64,000 bases of DNA, from contig CAXXJJ010000004.1 in NCBI GenBank assembly GCA_963667015.2, positions 384,001 through 448,000 of the forward strand, in the 5' to 3' direction. Below are positions 1 through 9,222 of this stretch, piece by piece; the first letter of the stretch is position 1, and every line of letters begins with the position of its first letter. The DNA is from Desulfatiglandales bacterium (GTDB taxonomy: Bacteria > Desulfobacterota > DSM-4660 > Desulfatiglandales > HGW-15). The notes under the pieces are model-generated. The model ran no database searches and was not told the origin of the DNA. It saw only the letters and a program-made list of their open reading frames with translations. Made by a program: the position numbers and the translations under genes.

Positions 1-297
1 CAGCTCGGCTTTAATGATATTATAGAGGCAGAAGATGGCCAACTGGCACTTAAGGAGCTTCAAAAAGAGAAAGTAGGTTTAATTGTCTCTGACTGGAATA
101 TGCCTAATATGACAGGATTGGACCTCTTAAAGGCCGTAAGGGCAGATGCTAAACTTAAGGATACTCCATTTCTTATGGTGACCGCTGAGGGGCAGAAAGA
201 GAATGTTGTACAGGCCGTCCAGGCCGGTGTAAGTAATTACATTGTAAAACCTTTTACACCTGAGACATTCAGTGCCAAACTCGCGAAGATATTCTAA
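1..297 (+). CDS. cheY: Chemotaxis response regulator CheY (5'-truncated by window edge)
   Basis: Frame open from base 1 (QLGFNDIIEAEDG...LIVSDWNMPNMTGLDLL...MVTAE...YIVKPF): a single REC domain with CheY-type motifs. Confidence 0.85.
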   Translation, partial: QLGFNDIIEAEDGQLALKELQKEKVGLIVSDWNMPNMTGLDLLKAVRADAKLKDTPFLMVTAEGQKENVVQAVQAGVSNYIVKPFTPETFSAKLAKIF

Positions 298-331
298 CAT
301 TTATGATAAAATCATAATGAAAAATGTACGT

Positions 332-365
332 GAACCGGTTTACTCCAGTGTAAGCCGGTTTTTTT
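332..365 (+). terminator. Intrinsic terminator after cheY
   Basis: GAACCGGTTTAC-TCCAGT-GTAAGCCGGTTT stem followed by a T-run. Confidence 0.75.
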
Positions 366-571
366 CATCTGACATAACTATATCATATAATCTTTCAGGA
401 AAAAATATTCCGGATGACAGGAAGATTATTCCCTTTTGAGGGTCTTCTATATTATTAATAATAAATTTCTTATTTTCGGCGTTTAATAAAATAATGAGTA
501 ACCTGTTGATAATACAGGTTGATTAAGCGTTAATGCCCGGTTTGAAAGATTGCTTATGCCGTTAACGGCTA

Positions 572-587
572 TGGCAAGCATATTGCA
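572..587 (+). promoter_or_regulatory. sigma54 promoter
   Basis: TGGCAAGCATATTGCA fits GG-N10-GC, upstream of the ORF at 705. Confidence 0.75.
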
Positions 588-704
588 TTAAAATTAAATA
601 TTAGGATGTAAAGATTCCTGATTATAAGTGTAAATATGATTCCATACAATATCCGGATCTGCATTTACATAAAATAATCATCAAACCGGCAAAGGAGCAA
701 GGAA

Positions 705-1172
705 ATGAAAATCTATGAAAATCAAAGAGTTCTGCTGGAACAGCAGGGAAAGATAAATAAAAATAAAAACACGGATGCAGGCAGTTTTCAGAAGATTATG
801 GATCAGTTGACGTCCAGTACCGAAACAAATAAGACTTTGCCTGTTAATATTAATCCTGTCCAGATAATCGATGGCCCTGCAGGGACTCTTCCTATTAACG
901 GAACATCGGGAACGAGCGAAAAGGATTTGTTGCTTGATTCCCTGAAGGATACATTGAATTTAGTGGATTTTTATGCCGGAAAGCTGGCTGATGAGTCTTT
1001 TCCAGCCGAAGACCTGTCATCTCTGGTCGATCAACTGGATGAAAGACTTGCTTCAATAAAAGATATTTCAACTATGGAAGGCGTACCAGATAAACTTAAG
1101 CCGGTAATTTCAGATGTTGCTGTTACCATTGGCACGGAAATAGAACGGTTCCGCAGAGGTGATTATATTTAA
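705..1172 (+). CDS. Hypothetical flagellar-region protein
   Basis: 155-aa ORF with AAGGAG RBS and a sigma54 promoter; helical C-terminus ending FRRGDYI. Confidence 0.7.
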   Translation: MKIYENQRVLLEQQGKINKNKNTDAGSFQKIMDQLTSSTETNKTLPVNINPVQIIDGPAGTLPINGTSGTSEKDLLLDSLKDTLNLVDFYAGKLADESFPAEDLSSLVDQLDERLASIKDISTMEGVPDKLKPVISDVAVTIGTEIERFRRGDYI

Positions 1173-1891
1173 TTCCCGGTGGGGAAGCAAATGACAAGTT
1201 TATCCATAGTGCCTGATCCTGCTTCTACTATTATTCCTTCTGAATGAAATATCTTTATGATAAGCAGCAGATCAGACCCTTTTTCCGGGGCTGTCAATTT
1301 ATCAGAGCCAAGGTTTGCATTTTTTAAAATCGCATCAACTGAATCCGAAAACTCATTTATCTCAGCATCAATAGAGATCTTATATAATCCTCCTTCTTTT
1401 TCCGTCTTAATAAAAAGCTTTTTACCTTTAAGTTTTTCCACCTCTTCTATGACTCGTTGAAGGAGCCATCCAAATGCGAGTATTGAATTTTCAGGTAACC
1501 GACTTGTCAGGGGAGGGGGAGCATCCAATTGAAGGGTTATTTCCACATTATGTTTAAAGTAGAGGTTAGTCTTTAAAAAAGATAACTCCTGTTCAATGAA
1601 TTCGTTAAAATTCTGAAGGCCGTTATCAGACTGCATTATTTTATTGGATGATATTTTAATCATGTTATTTAAACGATCGAGCTCCTCCTCAATTCGTTTA
1701 AGGCGTGCCATGATACTGCTTTCTGTCCCACCATTATCCTCTGCTTCTTTTCTCAGCATGTACTGGCTCATTTCAAGATCAAGGCCTATATTTTGTAATG
1801 GACCGTTAATATTATGTATGAGACCTCCTGTTACTTTGCCAAGTGAAGCCATTTTGAATAATCCGATCAGATCATTCAGGGAAAACTCCAT
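1169..1891 (-). CDS. Degenerate histidine kinase / phosphotransferase-like protein
   Basis: H-box KMASLGKVTGGLIHNINGPLQ present; N/G1/G2 ATPase boxes not recognisable; no sensor domain. Confidence 0.6.
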   Translation of the reverse strand: MEFSLNDLIGLFKMASLGKVTGGLIHNINGPLQNIGLDLEMSQYMLRKEAEDNGGTESSIMARLKRIEEELDRLNNMIKISSNKIMQSDNGLQNFNEFIEQELSFLKTNLYFKHNVEITLQLDAPPPLTSRLPENSILAFGWLLQRVIEEVEKLKGKKLFIKTEKEGGLYKISIDAEINEFSDSVDAILKNANLGSDKLTAPEKGSDLLLIIKIFHSEGIIVEAGSGTMDKLVICFPTGN

Positions 1892-2457
1892 CAGTCTAAA
1901 TCCTCCAGGTTTTTTTTATTTCTTATGTCCATCCTCTGCTTCTGAAAAACCAGCTTAACTATTGAATCACGCGAATCATCCTTTATATAAACTATCCTTG
2001 CAGCATTTATGTATTGATCTTCTTTTTTGGTGGATCTTATTATTTCGGCTATGAGCTCCATGTTATACTGGACGATTCCTGGCATTATGAGCTCCATTTT
2101 GAGCAGTGTTCCTTCCTCAAATATTTCCTCTGAAGCAAATTTTAAACCAGAAGCACTTATTTCCATGATTTTATCATGACCGGCTGTTTCTAATGAAGAC
2201 CTGGATAATAAATGTTCTATAATATAATCAATCTTGTTATTCAGTAACTGGAGAGCAAGAAATAGCTGTTCGTTGTTTGAACCCTTTTCAGTTTCATCAA
2301 GAAAAGAATCTATGGGGCTTGGTATTCCGCTTTGTTTAAAAAGAGTGCTGCCCATACCTTTTTTTACTATTTCTATTTCATCATCAGCAAGTATCTTCCA
2401 CTTGACCGGTACAGTCATTTCAACTCTGAAATGCTCGCGTCGATTGCTTTCTGACAT
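1891..2457 (-). CDS. PilZ-domain c-di-GMP receptor-like protein
   Basis: N-terminal RREHFR (RxxxR) and EISASG (D/NxSxxG-like) motifs. Confidence 0.7.
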   Translation of the reverse strand: MSESNRREHFRVEMTVPVKWKILADDEIEIVKKGMGSTLFKQSGIPSPIDSFLDETEKGSNNEQLFLALQLLNNKIDYIIEHLLSRSSLETAGHDKIMEISASGLKFASEEIFEEGTLLKMELIMPGIVQYNMELIAEIIRSTKKEDQYINAARIVYIKDDSRDSIVKLVFQKQRMDIRNKKNLEDLD

Positions 2458-2586
2458 GTAAACAAGCTCCTGTGTTTTTATTGGCTTAAGGATTAAAAGA
2501 ATGCAAGTATAGTATAAATTCCAATTGAATGGAAAGAAAAAACAGCGGTCTATAAAAAAGTATCGGAAGTTGAGAATCCTTTGTTA

Positions 2587-4143
2587 TCAGCTGGCTATAC
2601 TGATCAGGTCAGGATCAGTATTTTCTGAGAATGCCTTTATGGATGCATCAACAACATCAGGGTCGAATTGTGTTCCCTTGTTATGTACCAACTCTTCAAT
2701 GCATTTTTCAACAGGAATAGCTTTTCTATATGCCCTGTCAGAATTCATGGCATCAAAACTGTCAGCCACAACAAGAATTCGTGATAAAAGAGGGATTTCT
2801 TCTGCTGAAAGGCCGTCAGGATAGCCTTTACCATCCCATCTTTCATGATGATTTCTTATTATTGCGAGTTCATCCTTATCAAGTCCAAGGGGAGTAACAA
2901 TATTAACCCCGATCAACGGATGTGATTTTATTACATCGTATTCCTCTTCTGTTAACCTTGAAGTCTTATTCAGAATGCTGTCATTTATACCTATCTTGCC
3001 TATATCATGAAGAGGAGCGCATGTTCTAAGCCTCTGCATATCATCCTCGGAGCAACCCATTACCGTTGCAATCTCGATGGCATATTTAGTTACCCTGGAT
3101 GAATGCTGTCGCGTATATTTATCCTTTGCTTCAATAGCCCCTACAAGTGACATTAGCGATGCCATGAGGCTTTGCATAAGATTGTCATAAAGGGCCATAT
3201 TTTCGATATTGAGGGCAGTTCTTTCGGCCATGAACTTTAATATAAATTCATCATCAGAGTCGAATGCTCCTACACCATCCTTTTCACCGACCAGTAAAAG
3301 CCCAAATGGTTCATTCCTGATATTAAAGGGGATAGACAGGTAGTTACTGTCGATTTTTGTGCTGATACCAAAACATGACTCAAAAAGAATACTTTTTATA
3401 TCCTTCTCATCCTCTTTTTTATCAATGGTTATAGCTGTTCCTGGAATAAAATTTTCAAGACCGGTTTGAGAGAGGAGAATGTAGTTACCTGTACTTTCAT
3501 CGTCATGAATAAGGAAACAAGCCTTTTGTGCCTGACAGGTCTCCATACTCTTTTTAACGATAAATCTGCACAGGTCTTCAGTTTTATTTATCCTGGAAAG
3601 AGAATCAACTATATTGTACATCATTGTCTGATGCCTTATTCTCTTCTCCAACTCAATGTTCAGTTTTTCAACTTCCAGTTTTTCTTCAAGTTCCTGATTC
3701 AGCCTCCAGTTTTTTTCCATAAGTATTTTAATACGGCTGATTCTTTCAAGAATTATTTTTATATCCTGAAGTCGAAAAGGTTTAACCAGAAAATCAGAGG
3801 CACCGTTTCGCATGGCGTCAATAACCGTTTCCATCGTCGGATATCCGGTCATTATAATAACATTTGTAAGCTGATGGTTTTCATGAATACGTTTTAGTGT
3901 TTCAAGTCCGCCTATCCCCGGCATCATGAGGTCCATAAATATATAATCAAAGAATTCACGATCAATTTCTTCAATCGCCTTTTCCCCTCTGTCCAGTGTG
4001 ACAATTTTTTTAAATTTGAGATGTTCGAAAAACATGCCCAGGGTTTCACCAACCATTGGGTCATCATCCACAACCATCACAGTCATGGAGCTAAAGTCCT
4101 GCTCAACTACTGGTTCATGTTGTTGAATAGCTTCGACTTGCAC
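2587..4143 (-). CDS. REC-GAF-HD-GYP cyclic dinucleotide phosphodiesterase
   Basis: REC (DLMMPG, KPF), GAF-like middle, LHDIGK and HHERWDGKGYP motifs. Confidence 0.9.
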   Translation of the reverse strand: MQVEAIQQHEPVVEQDFSSMTVMVVDDDPMVGETLGMFFEHLKFKKIVTLDRGEKAIEEIDREFFDYIFMDLMMPGIGGLETLKRIHENHQLTNVIIMTGYPTMETVIDAMRNGASDFLVKPFRLQDIKIILERISRIKILMEKNWRLNQELEEKLEVEKLNIELEKRIRHQTMMYNIVDSLSRINKTEDLCRFIVKKSMETCQAQKACFLIHDDESTGNYILLSQTGLENFIPGTAITIDKKEDEKDIKSILFESCFGISTKIDSNYLSIPFNIRNEPFGLLLVGEKDGVGAFDSDDEFILKFMAERTALNIENMALYDNLMQSLMASLMSLVGAIEAKDKYTRQHSSRVTKYAIEIATVMGCSEDDMQRLRTCAPLHDIGKIGINDSILNKTSRLTEEEYDVIKSHPLIGVNIVTPLGLDKDELAIIRNHHERWDGKGYPDGLSAEEIPLLSRILVVADSFDAMNSDRAYRKAIPVEKCIEELVHNKGTQFDPDVVDASIKAFSENTDPDLISIAS

Positions 4144-4766
4144 AATTCAAATTCCTTTCCTGTTAATAAGCCTTTTTCCTTGAGTTCCGAAATTCGTTCA
4201 AGTTCGTCAAGAATAGATGATTTTCCTCTTGTCAGTGTGCTGGAATAGTAAAAGGGCAGCATGCTGCCGGCTATCACCGGTGCGCCGTCCTTATCATCTT
4301 CAAGTACCTTATCATGATCAATATCAAGCATCTTCTTCATCATGTTCAATTGTTCGTAGGCATTACGAAGATCTTCAATAAGTTTTCTATTTTCGCGTAT
4401 CAGTCTGATTTTCTCACGCGCATTGTTTACTATTATCTTGATCTCTTCCAGCTTGAATGGTTTTGTAATATAGTCATAAGCCCCTTCTCTTATGGCCTGA
4501 ACTGCTGTTTCAAGAGAAGCGAATCCGGTTATAAGGACAACAAGGCTGTCGGGATCAATTTTCCTGGTCTCCGTCAAAACTTCAAGACCGCTTGCACCTG
4601 GCATCATCAGATCTGTAATTATAAGATCAAATTTCTCATTTTTACACAGTTCGATCGCCTTGTTACCATCGTTGCATACGGTTACATTGTTTTCCTGATC
4701 AAGAACCGTTTTAAGTGCGGATAACAGGGTTTTATCATCATCAACGATTAATATTTTTAGTTTCAT
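4107..4766 (-). CDS. Response regulator: REC + coiled coil + C-terminal SHOCT-like motif
   Basis: REC motifs; C-terminus LDELERISELKEKGLLTGKEFELCKSKLF. Confidence 0.8.
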   Translation of the reverse strand: MKLKILIVDDDKTLLSALKTVLDQENNVTVCNDGNKAIELCKNEKFDLIITDLMMPGASGLEVLTETRKIDPDSLVVLITGFASLETAVQAIREGAYDYITKPFKLEEIKIIVNNAREKIRLIRENRKLIEDLRNAYEQLNMMKKMLDIDHDKVLEDDKDGAPVIAGSMLPFYYSSTLTRGKSSILDELERISELKEKGLLTGKEFELCKSKLFNNMNQ

Positions 4767-4812
4767 TTGTGATCTCTAAGAGGTGCGAATATAAAATAAT
4801 AACTTCTGTTTA

Positions 4813-5193
4813 TTATACCTTTTCATCAAATAAAGTGCCTGCCAATTCTTCTATTCGTGTAGCCAGATCAAGGAGTTTTTCAGGCGGAAATTCCCTGATA
4901 ACTTCACCGGTGTCCCTGGATGTCACCTGCACCATTATTTGTCCTGTCCCATCATGGACCTGGATTTTAAGGTTATGTTGCATTGACTGAACATAACTGT
5001 CCATAGCCTCTACAATACTGTTTATTCTCTCATTTGTTGCCTCTTTTACCTGTTCAACAACTTGAGTCTCATCCCTTCGATATTTTGTTTTATCAACATC
5101 CGGTTTTTGAGTATTTGAAGTAGAAGAAGTAGTGGTTAACATCTCAACCTGCCTTCTTGCCGGCTCCTGGGTTATATTTTTTATTGCCTCCAT
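4813..5193 (-). CDS. flaG: Flagellar protein FlaG (paralogue 1)
   Basis: IMVQVTSRDTGEVIREFPPEKLL FlaG signature; start moved to ATG 5193, downstream of the GGAGG RBS. Confidence 0.85.
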   Translation of the reverse strand: MEAIKNITQEPARRQVEMLTTTSSTSNTQKPDVDKTKYRRDETQVVEQVKEATNERINSIVEAMDSYVQSMQHNLKIQVHDGTGQIMVQVTSRDTGEVIREFPPEKLLDLATRIEELAGTLFDEKV

Positions 5194-5256
5194 TTTGGGC
5201 ATCCCTCCACATGTCATTATAAATATTATACAATACTTATACGGGCTCCGTATTAA

Positions 5257-5283
5257 TTATCGGCACCAACATGATTAATCTTA
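5257..5283 (-). promoter_or_regulatory. sigma28 (FliA) promoter
   Basis: TAAG-N15-GCCGATAA on the minus strand upstream of flaG. Confidence 0.85.
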
Positions 5284-5415
5284 AGCAGTTTTTATAAAAG
5301 TAAAATCAATATAAGGACAGTTAAAATAAGCGGTTAACAAATGCAGTTATATTGAAAATATTTAACTGAAACGAAGGGTGAATCATACGCATTATTCTTT
5401 GTATCTTCTGGGGAT

Positions 5416-6249
5416 TTATACCTTGTCATGGATCGGAATAAAGGCCATAACTGCCCCTTTGCCACGGAATTTGCCTGAGGCCGATACTATATCAATATCA
5501 TAATCTCTTCCCGAGATCTGGAAACCTTTTACAATATCTCCTTTGTCATCATCAATTACGGTGACTATCTTGGCTTCCAGATCAGGAGGGAAATGGCCTG
5601 AAACATCGTTTCCGACCTGAAAATATTTTCCATTAATTGAAAGGAACATAGCTTTTATATTGACCATGACTACTATGAGATCACTGTCGACGGCAATTAC
5701 CGGTATGGGAAGATCTTCCAGTATTGCCTGTGATATCTCAAGGGCTTTATTCTGAATTTTAAGGTCTTTAGTCCTTTCTCTGACCATTGCTTCAAGATTT
5801 TCATTTATTTTTCTTAATTCTTTATTTTGTTCGATAACCTTATCCTGAAGCCTTCTGTTTGTCTGTGCCAGTTTATATTGCTCGATACATTGTCTTATTT
5901 CCAGCTTTAGATTCTGGTCATTCCATGGCTTTAAAAGGAATTTATAAATATGGCCTTTATTTACAGACTCGGAAATAGCATCAATATCAGTATATCCGGT
6001 CAGAATCACCCTGATTATATCAGGATAGTCTTCTTTAACCTTTGCAAGAAATTCGGTTCCGCCCATATCAGGCATTCTCTGGTCACATATTACAAGGTGG
6101 ACATCATTAACTTTGAGTATGTCCAATCCTTCTGAACCGCTCTTTGCGGTCTTTAAATTATATCCTTCTTTTCTTAAAAGGCGTTTTAAGGCATTAAGTA
6201 TATTTTCTTCATCATCTACACACAGGATAGTATTTTCCGGCGTATTCAT
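5416..6249 (-). CDS. Response regulator: REC + coiled coil + PAS-like, no obvious output domain
   Basis: DQRMPDM, LTGY and LKPW REC motifs. Confidence 0.8.
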   Translation of the reverse strand: MNTPENTILCVDDEENILNALKRLLRKEGYNLKTAKSGSEGLDILKVNDVHLVICDQRMPDMGGTEFLAKVKEDYPDIIRVILTGYTDIDAISESVNKGHIYKFLLKPWNDQNLKLEIRQCIEQYKLAQTNRRLQDKVIEQNKELRKINENLEAMVRERTKDLKIQNKALEISQAILEDLPIPVIAVDSDLIVVMVNIKAMFLSINGKYFQVGNDVSGHFPPDLEAKIVTVIDDDKGDIVKGFQISGRDYDIDIVSASGKFRGKGAVMAFIPIHDKV

Positions 6250-7955
6250 CAGTTTTTCCCCACAGGTATTGAAATGGAAAAGGTTGTTCCCTTTCCCGGT
6301 TCACTGCTGACTTTAATCTCACCTTTATGTTTTTGAATTATATTATAAGCGACATTCAATCCCAGTCCAGTTCCTTTACCTGTCTCTTTAGTGGTAAAAA
6401 AAAGATCAAATATTCTATTAATATTTTCTTCTGGTATTCCAGAGCCGTTATCACTAATTGAGATATTTATGATATTATTTACTTTCCTGGTTACTATTTT
6501 TATTTCACCATTCTTTTCGATTGCCTGTGCGGCATTAACCAGGATATTCATGAAAACCTGATTTAATTGGTGGGGATAACATTCTATTTTAGGGAGTTCT
6601 TCGAATTCTTTAGTAACAGTAGCTTTATATTTTATTTCGTTCCATACTATATTTAATGTAGACTCAATATTCCTGTTGATATCAGCAAGTTCTAATTTAT
6701 CCTCGCCAGGATATGCAAAGTCTTTAAGATTCTGAACTATTTTATTAATTCTACTGGCGCCGTCTTTTGATTCATTAATCAGATTCTTTATGTCTCCAAG
6801 AATATAATCTAAATCAATTTCTTCTTCGTAATTTATTATTTTATCAATCAGTTCTGAAACTTCTGAAGTCGCTTCATTATGGATATATACATTGTTCAAC
6901 ATTGCTAACAGTTCCCTGTATTTTATTATCAATCCGCTAAGATCTTCCTGGTAACCAGCGAGGGTTTTAAGGTTGCTGCTGACAAATCCTGTTGGATTAT
7001 TTATTTCATGTGCAATTCCGGCGGCGAGTTGACCGATGGACGCCATCTTTTCTAACTGTAATATCCGGTCCTGTGTTTTTTTTAATTTCAAAAGAGTTTC
7101 TTCCAGTTCATCATTTTTTGATTTTACCTGAAGAATTGCATCATTGAGCTCTTTATTGAGATTGCTTATTTTCTCAGCATTTTTATTATCGATTGTAATA
7201 TCTCTGCATGAGATAACTACCTGGTTTATCTTATCGTTGTTTATAACAGGCGTATATATCAATTCCTTTTGCTTTATTTCTCCATTGCTATCCAGACATT
7301 CATGTATGCTCGATCTGCATTTACCAGTTTGAAAGGTCCTTTGGATCAGAGAAGGGATACTTTCTTTTTTTCCGGTAAACCTGCGTGTAGCCAATATATT
7401 AAGAAGATCACTTCCAATTATGTGGTTAAAGGGCATATTCATTTCATTGAGCATGGATTTATTTGCAGAAATAATTTTGAAGTCCGCATCAATAGAAACA
7501 ACCTCCTCTTTTAGTGAATCGAATACTGTAAGAAGTTTGTTTTTACTTTCAATAAGAACATTCTGGAGAAGTTTATGATCCTGCTCCAGCCTGATTATTC
7601 TTTCTCCTGTTTTTATTCTTGCCTTTATTTCACCTGTATTAAAGGGTTTGGAAATGAAATCATCTGCACCGGCATCAAATGCTTCAATAAGATCTTCCTT
7701 CTTGTCTTTTACTGTCAGAATTATGAAATAAACATAATTATGCTTTGATATTTCACGAATTTTTTTGCACAATGAAACTCCATCCATGTTTGGCATCATC
7801 CAGTCACTTATAATTAGCCTAAAGGGTGTTTCATGGAATATCTTCAATGCTTCCAGACCGTCCTCAGCGGTAAAGGTTTCATACCCGGCTTTCTGCAGTG
7901 TTTTCTGCAGAACATCTCTGGAAATATAGTCGTCTTCGACAATTAAAATTTTCAT
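6249..7955 (-). CDS. REC-PAS-histidine kinase
   Basis: REC; AHEINNP H-box; NAAQA, DNGSG and GTGLGL boxes. Likely start at MKILIVED (7955). Confidence 0.9.
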   Translation of the reverse strand: MKILIVEDDYISRDVLQKTLQKAGYETFTAEDGLEALKIFHETPFRLIISDWMMPNMDGVSLCKKIREISKHNYVYFIILTVKDKKEDLIEAFDAGADDFISKPFNTGEIKARIKTGERIIRLEQDHKLLQNVLIESKNKLLTVFDSLKEEVVSIDADFKIISANKSMLNEMNMPFNHIIGSDLLNILATRRFTGKKESIPSLIQRTFQTGKCRSSIHECLDSNGEIKQKELIYTPVINNDKINQVVISCRDITIDNKNAEKISNLNKELNDAILQVKSKNDELEETLLKLKKTQDRILQLEKMASIGQLAAGIAHEINNPTGFVSSNLKTLAGYQEDLSGLIIKYRELLAMLNNVYIHNEATSEVSELIDKIINYEEEIDLDYILGDIKNLINESKDGASRINKIVQNLKDFAYPGEDKLELADINRNIESTLNIVWNEIKYKATVTKEFEELPKIECYPHQLNQVFMNILVNAAQAIEKNGEIKIVTRKVNNIINISISDNGSGIPEENINRIFDLFFTTKETGKGTGLGLNVAYNIIQKHKGEIKVSSEPGKGTTFSISIPVGKN

Positions 7956-8044
7956 TCTGCATGTGCCTCGTAACTTATCTGGCAATTTATTCGGTCAGGC
8001 TCAGTAGGAAAGAGTGTTAGAAACGAATAGTATAAAGAGAAATA

Positions 8045-8060
8045 TGCAAAAAGAATGCCG
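8045..8060 (-). promoter_or_regulatory. sigma54 promoter
   Basis: CGGCATTCTTTTTGCA (GG-N10-GC) on the minus strand. Confidence 0.65.
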
Positions 8061-8213
8061 TTGAAGGTATGATATATAATCGGATTAAAAAGGACTAACA
8101 TGTTGATAATAAAAGTAAAAATAAAAAATGGGGCGGTAAAGGATATACCGGTTTCCTCCTTGTCTATCAATAGTCAGTTTGATGACAGAGATGTGTCAAT
8201 GGATTAAATTAGG

Positions 8214-8603
8214 CTATATGACCTGATCAAAAAATACACCGGAGATTTCTTCCATTCTGGCTGCCAGTGCCAGTAATTCTTCGGATGGAATCTCTCTTAT
8301 TACCTTTCCGTCTTCTTCCGAAATGACCTTGACCATTATATCCCCGGTTTCATTGTCTACCTGTATTGTAATATTTTTTTGCAATGAGTGGACATAATCG
8401 TTCATCAACTCGGAAACACGCTGTATCTTTTCCTCAGTCGCCTTTTGTACCTCTTCCGATAATTTACCTGTATCAATAAAAGAGGTTGTAATGCCTTTCT
8501 CAATATCTGTCTGTTTAACAGATTCCGATACAGGAATACGGTTGATTGTCGATAGGATGGTGTCTTCTGGTGGTTTTAAATTTAGAATTTCTGATAGTGC
8601 CAT
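8214..8603 (-). CDS. flaG: Flagellar protein FlaG (paralogue 2)
   Basis: IMVKVISEEDGKVIREIPSEELL. Confidence 0.85.
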   Translation of the reverse strand: MALSEILNLKPPEDTILSTINRIPVSESVKQTDIEKGITTSFIDTGKLSEEVQKATEEKIQRVSELMNDYVHSLQKNITIQVDNETGDIMVKVISEEDGKVIREIPSEELLALAARMEEISGVFFDQVI

Positions 8604-8689
8604 TTTTCAGTACCTCCATGTACGATTTCGCATTTTATTTTAAAGGATGAAATACCTTATTAAAGATCATGAGTCCTCAAACAAATTAA

Positions 8690-9133
8690 CTATACTGCAA
8701 CCTGATGGGAAAGCCTTGGTATTTCCTGGTTAACAGCCTTGTTTAAAGAGGCAGATTCTTCTTTTTCTGTTCTTATACCCTCCCAGCCGCTCTTTAGTTC
8801 ATTGAGAATACTTATGCATTCATCAAAGATCGAATAGTTTTTTTGAACGTCAGCAAGAATAATTCTATTGGTTAAATATGTATACAATGAATCTAGACTT
8901 TTTGCGATTTTATCGCCTTTTTCAAAATTGAGGCTTGACTGTAATTCACTTATTATGTCCAGTGCTTTTTGTAACTTTAGAACCTTTTTATCTATCTCGA
9001 CATTCCTGAGATGATCCTTTGCCTGCTGAAGGCAGAGAATTGTTTTATCATAGCACATAATAATAAGTTCAAGTTTATCTGCCGTCTCAATAGATGATCT
9101 TCTGTACTGTTTGAAAGCCTTTCCGTAATCCAT
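8690..9133 (-). CDS. fliS: Flagellin chaperone FliS
   Basis: LIIMCYD, KALDIISELQSSLNFEKG, LYTY and ELKSGW motifs; follows fliD. Confidence 0.9.
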   Translation of the reverse strand: MDYGKAFKQYRRSSIETADKLELIIMCYDKTILCLQQAKDHLRNVEIDKKVLKLQKALDIISELQSSLNFEKGDKIAKSLDSLYTYLTNRIILADVQKNYSIFDECISILNELKSGWEGIRTEKEESASLNKAVNQEIPRLSHQVAV

Positions 9134-9222
9134 TTAATCCTCCGAAAATTTATAAATATTAATAACGGTGATATTTATAATTGAATATGAATCCCGTAAT
9201 ATCTATCTGGTTTATAATAATT

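Noticed and set aside
2560..2586. Internal sigma28 promoter for the PilZ gene (TAAC-N15-TCCGATAC)
   Set aside because: Both boxes deviate from the three good copies in the window; too weak to call
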